This document shows, piece by piece, positions 1 through 9,327 of a stretch of DNA of 64,000 bases. Made by a program: the position numbers and the translations under genes. Position 1 is the stretch's first letter; every line of letters begins with the position of its first letter. The DNA comes from Bdellovibrionales bacterium (GTDB lineage Bacteria; Bdellovibrionota; Bdellovibrionia; Bdellovibrionales; UBA1609), in contig CBDHDF010000011.1 of assembly GCA_965261545.1 (NCBI GenBank), positions 32,001-96,000 on the forward strand, given 5' to 3'. The notes beneath the pieces are model-generated. The model saw only the letters and a list, made by a program, of their open reading frames with translations, was not told the DNA's origin and did not search any database.

Positions 1-1
1 T

Positions 2-643
2 GAAAATTTTTTTTCAAATATTTTAAGCCTTGAAAAAAGATTTGTCGCCATTGGAGGGGATCATTCAACAACCCTTCCCCTTTTGAGGTCTGTGAAAAAA
101 AAATGGGGTGGCCCCGTGAGTCTCATTCACTTTGATGCCCACCTAGATACCTATCCGTCAGCTTGGGGCTGTGAATACCACCACGGGGCCTTTGTGAGGC
201 ATGCTGTGGAGGAGGGACTTATTCTTCCCGAAAAATCATTACAAATAGGCATTCGAGGCCCGCTTGCCAGCGGTTCAGATACCGACTTTGTCAAACTGCA
301 TAGAATTTCTGTGACGACGGTGGATGATATTCGAAGACGAGGGCTTGAGAGTTTTCTTGGCTCACTCCCCTCCTTTGACGGCCCCACATATATAAGTTTT
401 GATATTGATTGCTTAGATCCAAGTTACGCTCCTGGAACAGGGACCCCCGTCCCAGGGGGACTAACCACTTATGAAACTCAGCAAATTCTCCGTCATCTGA
501 AAGTTTCTCAATTGGTAGCTGCCGATATTGTGGAGGTCTCTCCCCCCTACGATTCTTCAGGAATCACAGCTTTGGCTGCCGTAGACACTCTTTTTGAGCT
601 TTTGTGCATGATGGCTGAGAACAAAAGCCTGCGCGATGGTTAA
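2..643 (+). CDS. speB: Agmatinase / ureohydrolase (5' end lies before the window)
   Basis: Frame is open from position 2 (…FVAIGGDHST…). Ureohydrolase motifs GGDHS, HFDAHLD, SFDIDCLDP and GTGTPVPGG are present. Confidence 0.88.
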   Translation, partial: ENFFSNILSLEKRFVAIGGDHSTTLPLLRSVKKKWGGPVSLIHFDAHLDTYPSAWGCEYHHGAFVRHAVEEGLILPEKSLQIGIRGPLASGSDTDFVKLHRISVTTVDDIRRRGLESFLGSLPSFDGPTYISFDIDCLDPSYAPGTGTPVPGGLTTYETQQILRHLKVSQLVAADIVEVSPPYDSSGITALAAVDTLFELLCMMAENKSLRDG

Positions 644-738
644 GAGTGGACGAGGCATCATCTGCTTTTACTCTTCCTTCAGAGTTGTTACGCTTGCGAG
701 AAGTGTAGGTTAAGTTAGGTTAGATGGATTAGTTTAGA

Positions 739-1761
739 TTAGCCTTCTTCATTCATCATATTCTCTTTAATCCATTGGACACTTTGGGCAATGGCTTCTT
801 GGGAAGGGCGTGGTTTGAAGTCAAACTCTTTTTGAGCCTTGGTTGAATCAAACCAATGATACAGTGTGGAAGCCCAAGCATTTTCTGAATTGAGAGGTCC
901 TCGCTTTCCCACCTTTTCTAAAAGGTCTCCTGCACACCCAATGGCATGAACCACAGGGTTAGGCAGATAAATAGAGGGAGGGGAGGTTCCAGCCTCTTTC
1001 GCAATGGCTTGAAAGAGTTCTTTGATAAGCATATTCTCACCTGAGATAATGTAACGCTCTCCTGGTTGCCCTTTGTGAAGAGCAGAAGAAATAACGTGAA
1101 TGACATCCTCCACAGAGACAACATTGACACCCCCAGAAGTATAAAAGGGAAATTGGCCCTTTGCGATTTTGAGTTGAATACCACGGCTGCCTTTTTTGGC
1201 ATCTCCGGGTCCATAGATGGTCGAGGGATTGAGTATGACAGCATTGAGTTGATGCTGCTGTACCGCCTGAACAACAAGTTGCTCTGCCTGTCGCTTGGTT
1301 TCAAAATAACTTAGATTAAGGTGAGAAAGATTATAGAAAGATTCTTCATTGAGGGGAGAGTGAGGCTTAAAGCTTGCTCCCACAGCCACCACAGAACTCA
1401 TATGTATGAGTCGTTGGACATTATTTTTTAAACAAGCGTTAATGACATTTTGAGTGCCATAGACGTTGACTTTTTCCATGGTGGCACGCATGGCCTTGGA
1501 GTAGCCGACCACTCCTGCAAGGTGGCAAACAACACTCACGCCTTGAGTGGCTTTCAAAAGGCTTTTTGGGTCGATGATGTCACCGATATGATGTTCGAGT
1601 AAACCCTTTGACTTCAAACCCTTGGATTTTTGAACCTCCTCCAGTTTTGAGATATCGCTATGGCTTCGGCGAAGAATTCTAATCTCATGCTCTTCATCAA
1701 GCCACCTTTGAGTCAGTTGAGTTCCCACAAAACCTGTGGCCCCCGTGATAAGGATTTTCAT
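739..1761 (-). CDS. NAD-dependent epimerase/dehydratase (extended SDR, dihydroflavonol-reductase/HpnA-like)
   Basis: TGATGFVG Rossmann motif, HLAG, YxxxK (YFETK), LNPSTIYGPGD. Confidence 0.85.
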   Translation of the reverse strand: MKILITGATGFVGTQLTQRWLDEEHEIRILRRSHSDISKLEEVQKSKGLKSKGLLEHHIGDIIDPKSLLKATQGVSVVCHLAGVVGYSKAMRATMEKVNVYGTQNVINACLKNNVQRLIHMSSVVAVGASFKPHSPLNEESFYNLSHLNLSYFETKRQAEQLVVQAVQQHQLNAVILNPSTIYGPGDAKKGSRGIQLKIAKGQFPFYTSGGVNVVSVEDVIHVISSALHKGQPGERYIISGENMLIKELFQAIAKEAGTSPPSIYLPNPVVHAIGCAGDLLEKVGKRGPLNSENAWASTLYHWFDSTKAQKEFDFKPRPSQEAIAQSVQWIKENMMNEEG

Positions 1762-1829
1762 GGTTTTGGGATTCTCATAGTCTTAGACTCTCATGGCTTT
1801 AGGGCGCTCACAGCTTTACATCCACTGAT

Positions 1830-2765
1830 TTACTTCTTTATGATCTTGATCGACTTTATTTTAATCTCATTTAAAGGTTTATCGTTTTGCATATTTCTTT
1901 TCATAGAGGCAATTTTTTTGACAACATCCATGCCTTCAGCAATTTCACCAAAGACAGTGTGCCCCCTCCCCTTCTTCTTACACTGGTCATCCATGAGGTC
2001 CAAATAGGCAGCTGGTGCCAAAGTGATAAAGAACTGGCTGCCATTTGTATTGGGCCCCGAGTTGGCCATGGACAAAACACCAGGCTTATTATGTTTGAGA
2101 TCGCAGGAGGGCTCATCTGCAAATGTATACCCTGGGTCGCCACGACCATTGCCCAAAGGGCATCCTCCTTGAATCATAAAGCCAGGAATGACTCGATGAA
2201 AAATAAGGCCGTTATAAAACTCTTGTAATACAAGCTTATTGGAGACTTTAACTTGATTTGTGCCTTTTACCAGAGTTCTTTGAGGAGTTTTAATATGACC
2301 TTCGGCCAGGTCAATAAAGTTTCTGACAGTTCTGGGAACTCTAAGGTGAAATAACCTGAACTTAATGGTCTCAACCTTCTTGCTGGGAAGCCCCTCCACT
2401 TCTATGAGGGCATAAATATTACGAAACTTGTTAAGATTCATGGATTTTGGTTTTGAAGATTTCATTTTCATATTGGATGTCCCGGCCCTTTTGATTGCTT
2501 CCCCGGCTTTGTTTATTGGCACTCCAATTTTGCTTACTGGTCCCACAGCTTTGTTTATTTTTGCCTCAGCTTTTTTTGTTTGGGCTTTGATGGTTTGACG
2601 AAGCTTGTTAACATTAATAGTCATAGACTTTGTTCCCCCCTTTGTCGCCTGGGGTTCCACTGGCACTTGGTCTGGTGGCACCACCTGGGCCGGCAAAGTG
2701 TTCACCATACTGATGACAGTCAACATGATACAACATTCTATAAAATAGCCTTTCAAATACTTCAT
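1830..2765 (-). CDS. Cyclophilin-type peptidyl-prolyl cis-trans isomerase with signal peptide and Lys-rich N-terminal extension
   Basis: FHRVIPGFMIQGG, LSMANSGPNTNGSQFFIT and HTVFG motifs; hydrophobic N-terminus. Confidence 0.92.
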   Translation of the reverse strand: MKYLKGYFIECCIMLTVISMVNTLPAQVVPPDQVPVEPQATKGGTKSMTINVNKLRQTIKAQTKKAEAKINKAVGPVSKIGVPINKAGEAIKRAGTSNMKMKSSKPKSMNLNKFRNIYALIEVEGLPSKKVETIKFRLFHLRVPRTVRNFIDLAEGHIKTPQRTLVKGTNQVKVSNKLVLQEFYNGLIFHRVIPGFMIQGGCPLGNGRGDPGYTFADEPSCDLKHNKPGVLSMANSGPNTNGSQFFITLAPAAYLDLMDDQCKKKGRGHTVFGEIAEGMDVVKKIASMKRNMQNDKPLNEIKIKSIKIIKK

Positions 2766-2912
2766 AACACTCCCTTGATCCCTTGATTTTGGCTCATCTA
2801 TGTTCTTAGCTCATTTAAACTCTTCGCCAGTGTATCTTATGAGTTGACCTTAGTTGACTTAAGTTTATCTTAATCTGACTCATCTCAGCTTATCTCATAG
2901 TAGTATTCATAT

Positions 2913-2939
2913 TTATCGGCTAGATTCCAATCTTACATA
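2913..2939 (-). promoter_or_regulatory. Candidate sigma-28 (FliA) promoter for the cyclophilin gene
   Basis: Minus strand reads TATG-N15-GCCGATAA: perfect -10 element, imperfect -35. Confidence 0.35.
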
Positions 2940-2952
2940 AGCAGCAAAGTGA

Positions 2953-4437
2953 TTACTTTATAACAGGAGACCACCTAGGCTTAAAGTAATTGTGCTTGTC
3001 GAAAGTGATAGCCTTTTCATTTTTTCCTTCAAGATCAATTAAGTAAAGTTGGTAATTTCCTGTGCGATTGCTGGAGAACATAATATATCTCCCATCAGGA
3101 GAAAAGGTGGGCTCCTCATTGCTGGCCCAACGCCCTCGAATCGTTTTCACAGAGGTGAGTCTTTTGAGATTGGTTCCATCAACATTGATAATAAAAATGT
3201 CGAAATGCCCTTTGTTATATCCCGAAAAAGTAATTTTAGATCCGTCAGGGGACCAAACGGGGCTGGCATTATTCCTCCCCGAATAGGTGAGCCTTTTAGG
3301 GGATATTTTACCACTTATATCCATAACATAAATCATAGGCGACCCCGTTCGATCGGAGGTGAAAGCCACCTTTGTACCATCGGGGGAAACAGTCGGTTCC
3401 ACATTGAGGGCTCCACTGGGCCCTCTTGTCAATTTGGCGAGGAGTTGGCCTTGACCATTAACTTTAAAAATATCTGCAACTCCATTGCTAGAGAGAGTGA
3501 AGAGAAGCTCTTTTCCATTTTTGAGAAAAGTTGCCCCAGAATTGATTCCCCTGCGGTAGGAAAGAAGCCTCCTTTTTTGAGATTTTAAATTATAGAGAAG
3601 TAAATCAGCATTGTTGGACTTTATTATGGGGTGATAGATATAAGCCGTATAAGCGAGATTTTTGCCATCTGGAGACCATGATGGTGATAGGGCAATGCTA
3701 TCATGATTGCTCACTTGCTGCCGGTTAAATCCGTCCCAATCCATCACATAAATTTCTTTATGTCCCGAGTGACTGCCTACAAAAGTAATTTTTGAATGAA
3801 ACATGGTGGGGCGCCCTGAGAGTCTTTCAATAATATCGTTGGCAAAACTATGGGCAAGTGTTCGCAAGGAGATCTTATCCATGGAAGAATGGTATGTTTT
3901 GGCCAAAACGACTCGTGCTGTGGGAATATAGTACAAATAAGCCTCAAGCTTGATTTTATGACTTAGAACCTGATAACCCGCTCTCACTAAGAACTTTGCC
4001 CCAAGGGCCTGCCAGTTGGAATAGTGAAATCCATTTTTTTCACCTGGGGCGGGCTTGAGTCCGACACTCCGGGGGTCTTCAATATAGGCTTGGGGATTTA
4101 TAAAATTAAAGTAAAAAGATGTATCAAGGTCATTGCGAATAATAGCATCCAAATACTTACCAGCATCCCTTTGAGATTTTGTTGGTAGGCCATCCAGATA
4201 TTTTAGAGGTGGAAGAGCCATCAAACTTTTTTCAAAACGAGCTTTGCCGACATCAATGCGAACACTGCTTTGAGCCAAGGCTGTGTTCATGAATGGATTC
4301 TCCACAAAAGAACTCTTCGTAGGAATGGAAAACACAGAAGTGGGAACCACTGAGGCCAAGACCCACAAGCTCACCCACAAAGCAAAGAAAGTGAAAGTCA
4401 AACATAGGCGAGAACACCGGTTTATGAGATCCATCAT
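2953..4437 (-). CDS. tolB: Tol-Pal system beta-propeller protein TolB
   Basis: TolB-like N-domain (AHSFANDIIERLSG) followed by repeated PSWSPDG/PVWSPDG PD40 blades; signal peptide. Confidence 0.9.
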   Translation of the reverse strand: MMDLINRCSRLCLTFTFFALWVSLWVLASVVPTSVFSIPTKSSFVENPFMNTALAQSSVRIDVGKARFEKSLMALPPLKYLDGLPTKSQRDAGKYLDAIIRNDLDTSFYFNFINPQAYIEDPRSVGLKPAPGEKNGFHYSNWQALGAKFLVRAGYQVLSHKIKLEAYLYYIPTARVVLAKTYHSSMDKISLRTLAHSFANDIIERLSGRPTMFHSKITFVGSHSGHKEIYVMDWDGFNRQQVSNHDSIALSPSWSPDGKNLAYTAYIYHPIIKSNNADLLLYNLKSQKRRLLSYRRGINSGATFLKNGKELLFTLSSNGVADIFKVNGQGQLLAKLTRGPSGALNVEPTVSPDGTKVAFTSDRTGSPMIYVMDISGKISPKRLTYSGRNNASPVWSPDGSKITFSGYNKGHFDIFIINVDGTNLKRLTSVKTIRGRWASNEEPTFSPDGRYIMFSSNRTGNYQLYLIDLEGKNEKAITFDKHNYFKPRWSPVIK

Positions 4438-5330
4438 TGAGCCAACCTTATAATGCGATCATTCATATCCGCAACAATCACGGAGGCGTCCCTTGATGGT
4501 TCATGTTTTGCACTCACTCCACGAAATCGTTGCACCTGAAATAATATCTCATTTCTCAAAGCATGGGTATCTTTCGTTATAGATCTTAAAATAACTTCAC
4601 ATAACCTCTCTTGTCCATAGCACTCTCCATTGGTATTCTTTTCTTCAATGAGACCTCTTGTGCATAGGATCAAACGATCCTTGGGGTTGAGGATAAATCT
4701 GCGACTTGTTGAAGAGTCGTGGGAAAAATGAGCCTTAATAGAGCCACTAGTAGCTTCAAGTAGCTTCAGCCGGCCTTTTTCATCATCGTAGTGAAGTCCT
4801 ATGATTTCTCCCGCTTTACAAAAGGAAAACTCAGAGCTTCTACGGTCATAGAGACCATAGAGTATATCCGTGGTGGCATTGTCTTCAATGTGGGGCACCA
4901 GTTCTTCAGCAATGCGTTGAAGCCATTGAATGGGTTCAGAGTCTGATCTCGTCTCCATTTGACTGGTAAGTTTTAATAAAGTTGAAATGAGTAGGGCAGA
5001 CATTCCATAGCTTGAAGAACTAGCTATGATGATTCCAAATCGAGAACGATCATCATGCTCAAAAATGTCAAAGTAATCACCTCCCGACTGTAAGCCAGAA
5101 ATAAATTTTGTACTGAAATCAAACCCAGAAATGGAGGGAATTTTTGTGGGAACAAGGGCTTTTTGAATAGCATGGGCTGCCTGGACCTCATTGCCTAGGT
5201 GAATAATAAGATTTTCCAACTTCTTATTGGTACGCTCAAATTCCTTGCGAAATAGGGCCAAATCACTTTCCCTCGCTAAAAGCTCTTCTTCCAGCTCCTT
5301 GACTCGCTTTTCTAGCTCTTCTTTTGTCAT
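4434..5330 (-). CDS. SpoIIE/PP2C-family phosphatase-like protein with N-terminal coiled coil (degenerate active site)
   Basis: AHAIQKALVP, GGDYFD, LNPKDRLILCT and GECYGQERL. Overlaps the tolB start (ATGA). Confidence 0.8.
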   Translation of the reverse strand: MTKEELEKRVKELEEELLARESDLALFRKEFERTNKKLENLIIHLGNEVQAAHAIQKALVPTKIPSISGFDFSTKFISGLQSGGDYFDIFEHDDRSRFGIIIASSSSYGMSALLISTLLKLTSQMETRSDSEPIQWLQRIAEELVPHIEDNATTDILYGLYDRRSSEFSFCKAGEIIGLHYDDEKGRLKLLEATSGSIKAHFSHDSSTSRRFILNPKDRLILCTRGLIEEKNTNGECYGQERLCEVILRSITKDTHALRNEILFQVQRFRGVSAKHEPSRDASVIVADMNDRIIRLAQ

Positions 5331-5640
5331 GATTAGCCTTTATGTGGATTGTAAGGTGAATGACCTGCAAAAATCATACAAGTCATGAAATACCTGCGAA
5401 ATAGTATATAAGCCAATGGCAAGTCTTAATACCTACTACCTACCATGTTTTTTGCGTCGCATAATAATTCGTCGCATCAAAAGATGTCCTTGTAAAAATT
5501 ACATTACTTTTTTATTTGTGGATGGTAAAGTCAAATTTTCTTTTTCACAAGAATTTCACTAGAACACGGTGTGGCTTGGCGAGGTGACTGCTTTCAAGCA
5601 CGATAGTGAGAGAGAAATAGCTAAGCAAAAAGGAAGTCAT

Positions 5641-6648
5641 ATGTATCATTCAGAGACCATGGCATGGAGCACCTTATCCCAAAAACTTGAACTTGTTAGT
5701 GTGGAGACTCCAACCTCGATGATCCCCTTAGTTTTGGGTATTAACTCTTTGCTAGACCCCCAGGCATCAAGATGTTTGAAAAAAATTAATTTTATGAGCT
5801 ATGAAGTTGCCGCCAAATGTGATGATGATTCAGAGCTTAATCGTCTCTATATTTTAAATGATTATTTTTTTGGTGACCATGGCTTTCAAGTGGATAGAGG
5901 CAAAACCCATGAATTTTGGAATTTTCGCCATATCATCGAAACAAAACGAGGTGCTCCCCTTCCCATTGCTCTCATTTACTTTCACTTTGCAGCTTATATT
6001 GATTTGCCTCTCTACATTATTCAACTGCAAGGGTTTCGAATGGTAAAGTGGGTGGTTGAGAATCAACCCAAGTATATCAACCTCGCTGCGGGTGGAAGAA
6101 TTCTAAGTGAGAAGCAAGTTTTAGAAGTTCTTAATAAAATGAATAAAACGGCTTTGAGTACTAAAGACAAGAAAGAACCAGAGGGGGCCTTGGCCACTCA
6201 TTTAGAGATTCTCCCCTTGAAAAAATTGTTGTTTCACTACGTCCAATCTCTCATCGAACTTTATAAGTATGAAGGCAAAGATATAGAACGCAAAACTATG
6301 CTGGATGTTATTTTAAAAATATCTCCTTCGAATTTAAAGTTTCTTAGCCAAAGGGCTTTGCTTTTAAAAAGAATGGGACTTTATAAAGAAGCCATGGCCG
6401 ATTTAAAAAAGTATTTTTCATTCACAAGTCTTGAGGGGTCTCCAGAGGAGATTCAAATTGCTTTTTATGATATGAAGCTAAAAAACTCCCCCGATGATAA
6501 TATGTTCAATACAACCAAGGTGACCGATAGCACAAACATATCCTCAGCTTTATTCACAGATGCTTCCTATAAACTAAGTACACCTAAAATAAGTACATCT
6601 GCAAAAAATCTATCCACCACCAAAGTTGATGATGATCCCATTCTGTAA
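5641..6648 (+). CDS. SirB1-like transglutaminase-fold protein with C-terminal TPR
   Basis: LNDYFFGDHGF and KRGAPLPIALIY motifs; TPR-like QRALLLKRMGLYKEAMADLKKY. ATG 5641 follows AGGAAG. Confidence 0.72.
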   Translation: MYHSETMAWSTLSQKLELVSVETPTSMIPLVLGINSLLDPQASRCLKKINFMSYEVAAKCDDDSELNRLYILNDYFFGDHGFQVDRGKTHEFWNFRHIIETKRGAPLPIALIYFHFAAYIDLPLYIIQLQGFRMVKWVVENQPKYINLAAGGRILSEKQVLEVLNKMNKTALSTKDKKEPEGALATHLEILPLKKLLFHYVQSLIELYKYEGKDIERKTMLDVILKISPSNLKFLSQRALLLKRMGLYKEAMADLKKYFSFTSLEGSPEEIQIAFYDMKLKNSPDDNMFNTTKVTDSTNISSALFTDASYKLSTPKISTSAKNLSTTKVDDDPIL

Positions 6649-6719
6649 ATGCGCCCCATAAGGCACAGCCCCTTTCCAGTCAAAGACTTTCTAGCTCTAC
6701 CTCTACCTCAACATCACAA

Positions 6720-7754
6720 TCATAAAGGTTGAAAAATAAGAATATCTAGCCCTTTCTTAGAAGAACTCTGAATAGTGTAAGAATTTCCTTCTTCCATGTA
6801 AAAATAAGAGCCCTCACTTAAATGATATTTTTCGCTAGCTCCCTTTATGGTCTCCATGGTGATAATTCCACGACCGTGGCGGACAAAAAATATTTGACTG
6901 GCGGTCGCCATTGCACTACCCACCTCCCCTGGGGGAAGGGTCCATCGCTCCATCATAAGGCCCTTTTCCACACCCTCCCTTTTTGCCACAAGAGTTTGGC
7001 GGCTCAAATACCTTTGTTCTCCATGAAACACAGGAATACGACCGACAATGGATAAATTTGTGGAGTCTTGAAGCCACCCCCCTTCGTCAAAGAATTTATA
7101 CTCGACCTCAGCCACTTCGTTTCTTGGAAAAATATAAAGAATTTCAACAGGATCCTTGGACTCAGCCACAGTGTAATGAGCCAAATTGGGAGGGATATAT
7201 AAAAAACGTCCGGGAACTAAATCTACGACCTGAGAATGAACACCACGGCCCAAAACAATTTTTCCCCGGCCCCTGAGAACATAATAAATTTCAGAAGCAC
7301 TATGGTAATGAATTTTAAGATCGGTATCAATTTTTGCAATTCCCATGAAAATACTTTGAGCGCCAAAAAATCGAGTATCCAGCAGCTTCTTAATGGCAAC
7401 AGTGCTGATTTCTGGATTCCATACTTCATAAGAAAGCGAATCTATGTGACCTCCTCGAAGACTATGATTTCCATGGTGGGGAATGTCATTATGAGAGTTA
7501 TGTGAAAGACCAGGGATACCACTGGGAAGGGAAAGGCCATGCAAACGGCTGGGGTGGTGGTTTATATTTGTTATAGAGAAAACAGTGGGAATCACTTGAG
7601 AACAACCTTTGCGGTTGTGATCGTGACTCTGGTTAGGGTGTTTTTTGGGGGTGAAGTCATCCCTAGAGGCGGCTTGTAAAGTTGTGCCATAGAAACTTAA
7701 AAATGTAAGAAGAAGACCCCAGGTAACATATAAGTTTATCTTTGTATGTGACAT
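6720..7754 (-). CDS. Predicted secreted double-cupin protein; first cupin is DddK/DddW-like
   Basis: Signal peptide (…YGTTLQA|AS), His-rich linker, cupin HYHSASEIYYVLRGRG…YIPPNLAH, then a second degenerate cupin. Start chosen at ATG 7754. Confidence 0.75.
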   Translation of the reverse strand: MSHTKINLYVTWGLLLTFLSFYGTTLQAASRDDFTPKKHPNQSHDHNRKGCSQVIPTVFSITNINHHPSRLHGLSLPSGIPGLSHNSHNDIPHHGNHSLRGGHIDSLSYEVWNPEISTVAIKKLLDTRFFGAQSIFMGIAKIDTDLKIHYHSASEIYYVLRGRGKIVLGRGVHSQVVDLVPGRFLYIPPNLAHYTVAESKDPVEILYIFPRNEVAEVEYKFFDEGGWLQDSTNLSIVGRIPVFHGEQRYLSRQTLVAKREGVEKGLMMERWTLPPGEVGSAMATASQIFFVRHGRGIITMETIKGASEKYHLSEGSYFYMEEGNSYTIQSSSKKGLDILIFQPL

Positions 7755-8007
7755 AGTATATGATATAAGTGAGTTCATTTTTACACTTAAGTGAACAGTT
7801 AAATGAGTTTTATTATACAGCCCCAGCAATAGCTTGATCTCCTATCATCTATATTTATTTTCATTTGCTTTCTTTTATCAGGGCTTATCCCATCTTTTGA
7901 TGCAAAATTCAATGGCATTTTGTCAATTCCATGCCTCAATGCTTGCATTTGGATGGCTTGGATGGCGACGAAGGTGCTTGTACATAAACTTTTTGCCATA
8001 AGGAAAT

Positions 8008-9327
8008 CTAAAAATTCTCCACAAGATCACTCCCATCTTGGAGATCTCCCATGAGCATCACTCCCAGTTGATCCATGTCAAAGTAGGTCTCTAGGAATTT
8101 CTTTATGGAATCCACAGAGACCTTTTCTAGCTCTTGAATCACACTCTCCACGGGGCGGTATTCACCAAAAATCATTTCATTGACTGCCAGGGAGTTCATG
8201 CGATTGTCCACGTCATCTGAAGCTAAAACAATGTTTCCCACAACCTGCCTTTTGAAAAAATCCAACTCACTTTGAGTGATACCCTCTTTCTTTAAAGACA
8301 CCATCTCTTTTCGAATCAGCTCCATCACTTCGGGACAGGTCTCAGGGGTTGTGGCCACATACACCATCAAAAGACCTGAATCTGTAAACGAATGGAGGTA
8401 GCTGTAAATCGAATAGGCAAGCCCTCTTTTTTCGCGGATATTTTGATAAAGGCGAGAGGTCATTCCTCCCCCCAGTAGGGCATTGACAATAAAGGCTTCA
8501 AAGCGTGTTTTGCTCCTGTAAGAGGAACTGGGAAGACCCATAAGAGCATGGACCTGCTCAGAAGGGCGGTGAATAAAATTTCTAAAGGCCAGGACTTGGG
8601 GTGGCTTGCGTTCATGCCAGTCCCCGGGAGAGGCTTGAGTCAAACGACTTTGAATGTCTTCCACAATTTGGTTATGGTCCACATGCCCAGCCACACTGAC
8701 AATGAGATTTTTTCCACAGTAGCGAGGTTTGTAAAATTCGACAACCGACTTTGGAGTTAAATGGGACAAAGTTTTAGGGGTTCCCAAAATAGGACGAGAG
8801 AGGGGGTGCTCCCGAAACACTCTCTCAAAGTAAAGGTCAAAAATATATTCATCCAACTGGTCTACAGACATATCCATCTCATGGAGAACGACCTCCACTT
8901 CTTTACCAAAGTCTTCTTCTGTAAATTGACTGTGGGCGATCATGTCTGACAACACATCCATTCCCAAACCCACATCCTCTCGCAGGGTGGAGGTGTGAAA
9001 ACAGGTGTGTTCACGCCCCGTGAAGGCGTTGATTTCACCTCCCACGGCCTCAAGGGTTTTGACAATATCATAGGCGCTTCGAGACTTTGTGCCTTTAAAA
9101 AGAATATGCTCCACAAAATGCGCCACCCCTGTCATGGGGGAAGGCTCATCCCTAGTGCCTAAGTCAATATAAATACAGGCACTTGTGGAACGAGCGTAGG
9201 GATGGTGCTCTGTGAGCACGCGAATTCCGTTTTCTAAGACAGATTTTCGAAACTGGGGAGGATGATCGAAGACATCCATCTTCAACGAAAGCTTTTCCCC
9301 CTTCAATGAAAACTCTTTTCCCTTCAA
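8008..9327 (-). CDS. M16 family zinc peptidase (pitrilysin/insulinase)
   Basis: HFVEH inverted zincin motif, NAFT, SRLYQNIREKRGLAYSI; typical position after pnp. Confidence 0.93.
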   Translation of the reverse strand: MKGKEFSLKGEKLSLKMDVFDHPPQFRKSVLENGIRVLTEHHPYARSTSACIYIDLGTRDEPSPMTGVAHFVEHILFKGTKSRSAYDIVKTLEAVGGEINAFTGREHTCFHTSTLREDVGLGMDVLSDMIAHSQFTEEDFGKEVEVVLHEMDMSVDQLDEYIFDLYFERVFREHPLSRPILGTPKTLSHLTPKSVVEFYKPRYCGKNLIVSVAGHVDHNQIVEDIQSRLTQASPGDWHERKPPQVLAFRNFIHRPSEQVHALMGLPSSSYRSKTRFEAFIVNALLGGGMTSRLYQNIREKRGLAYSIYSYLHSFTDSGLLMVYVATTPETCPEVMELIRKEMVSLKKEGITQSELDFFKRQVVGNIVLASDDVDNRMNSLAVNEMIFGEYRPVESVIQELEKVSVDSIKKFLETYFDMDQLGVMLMGDLQDGSDLVENF

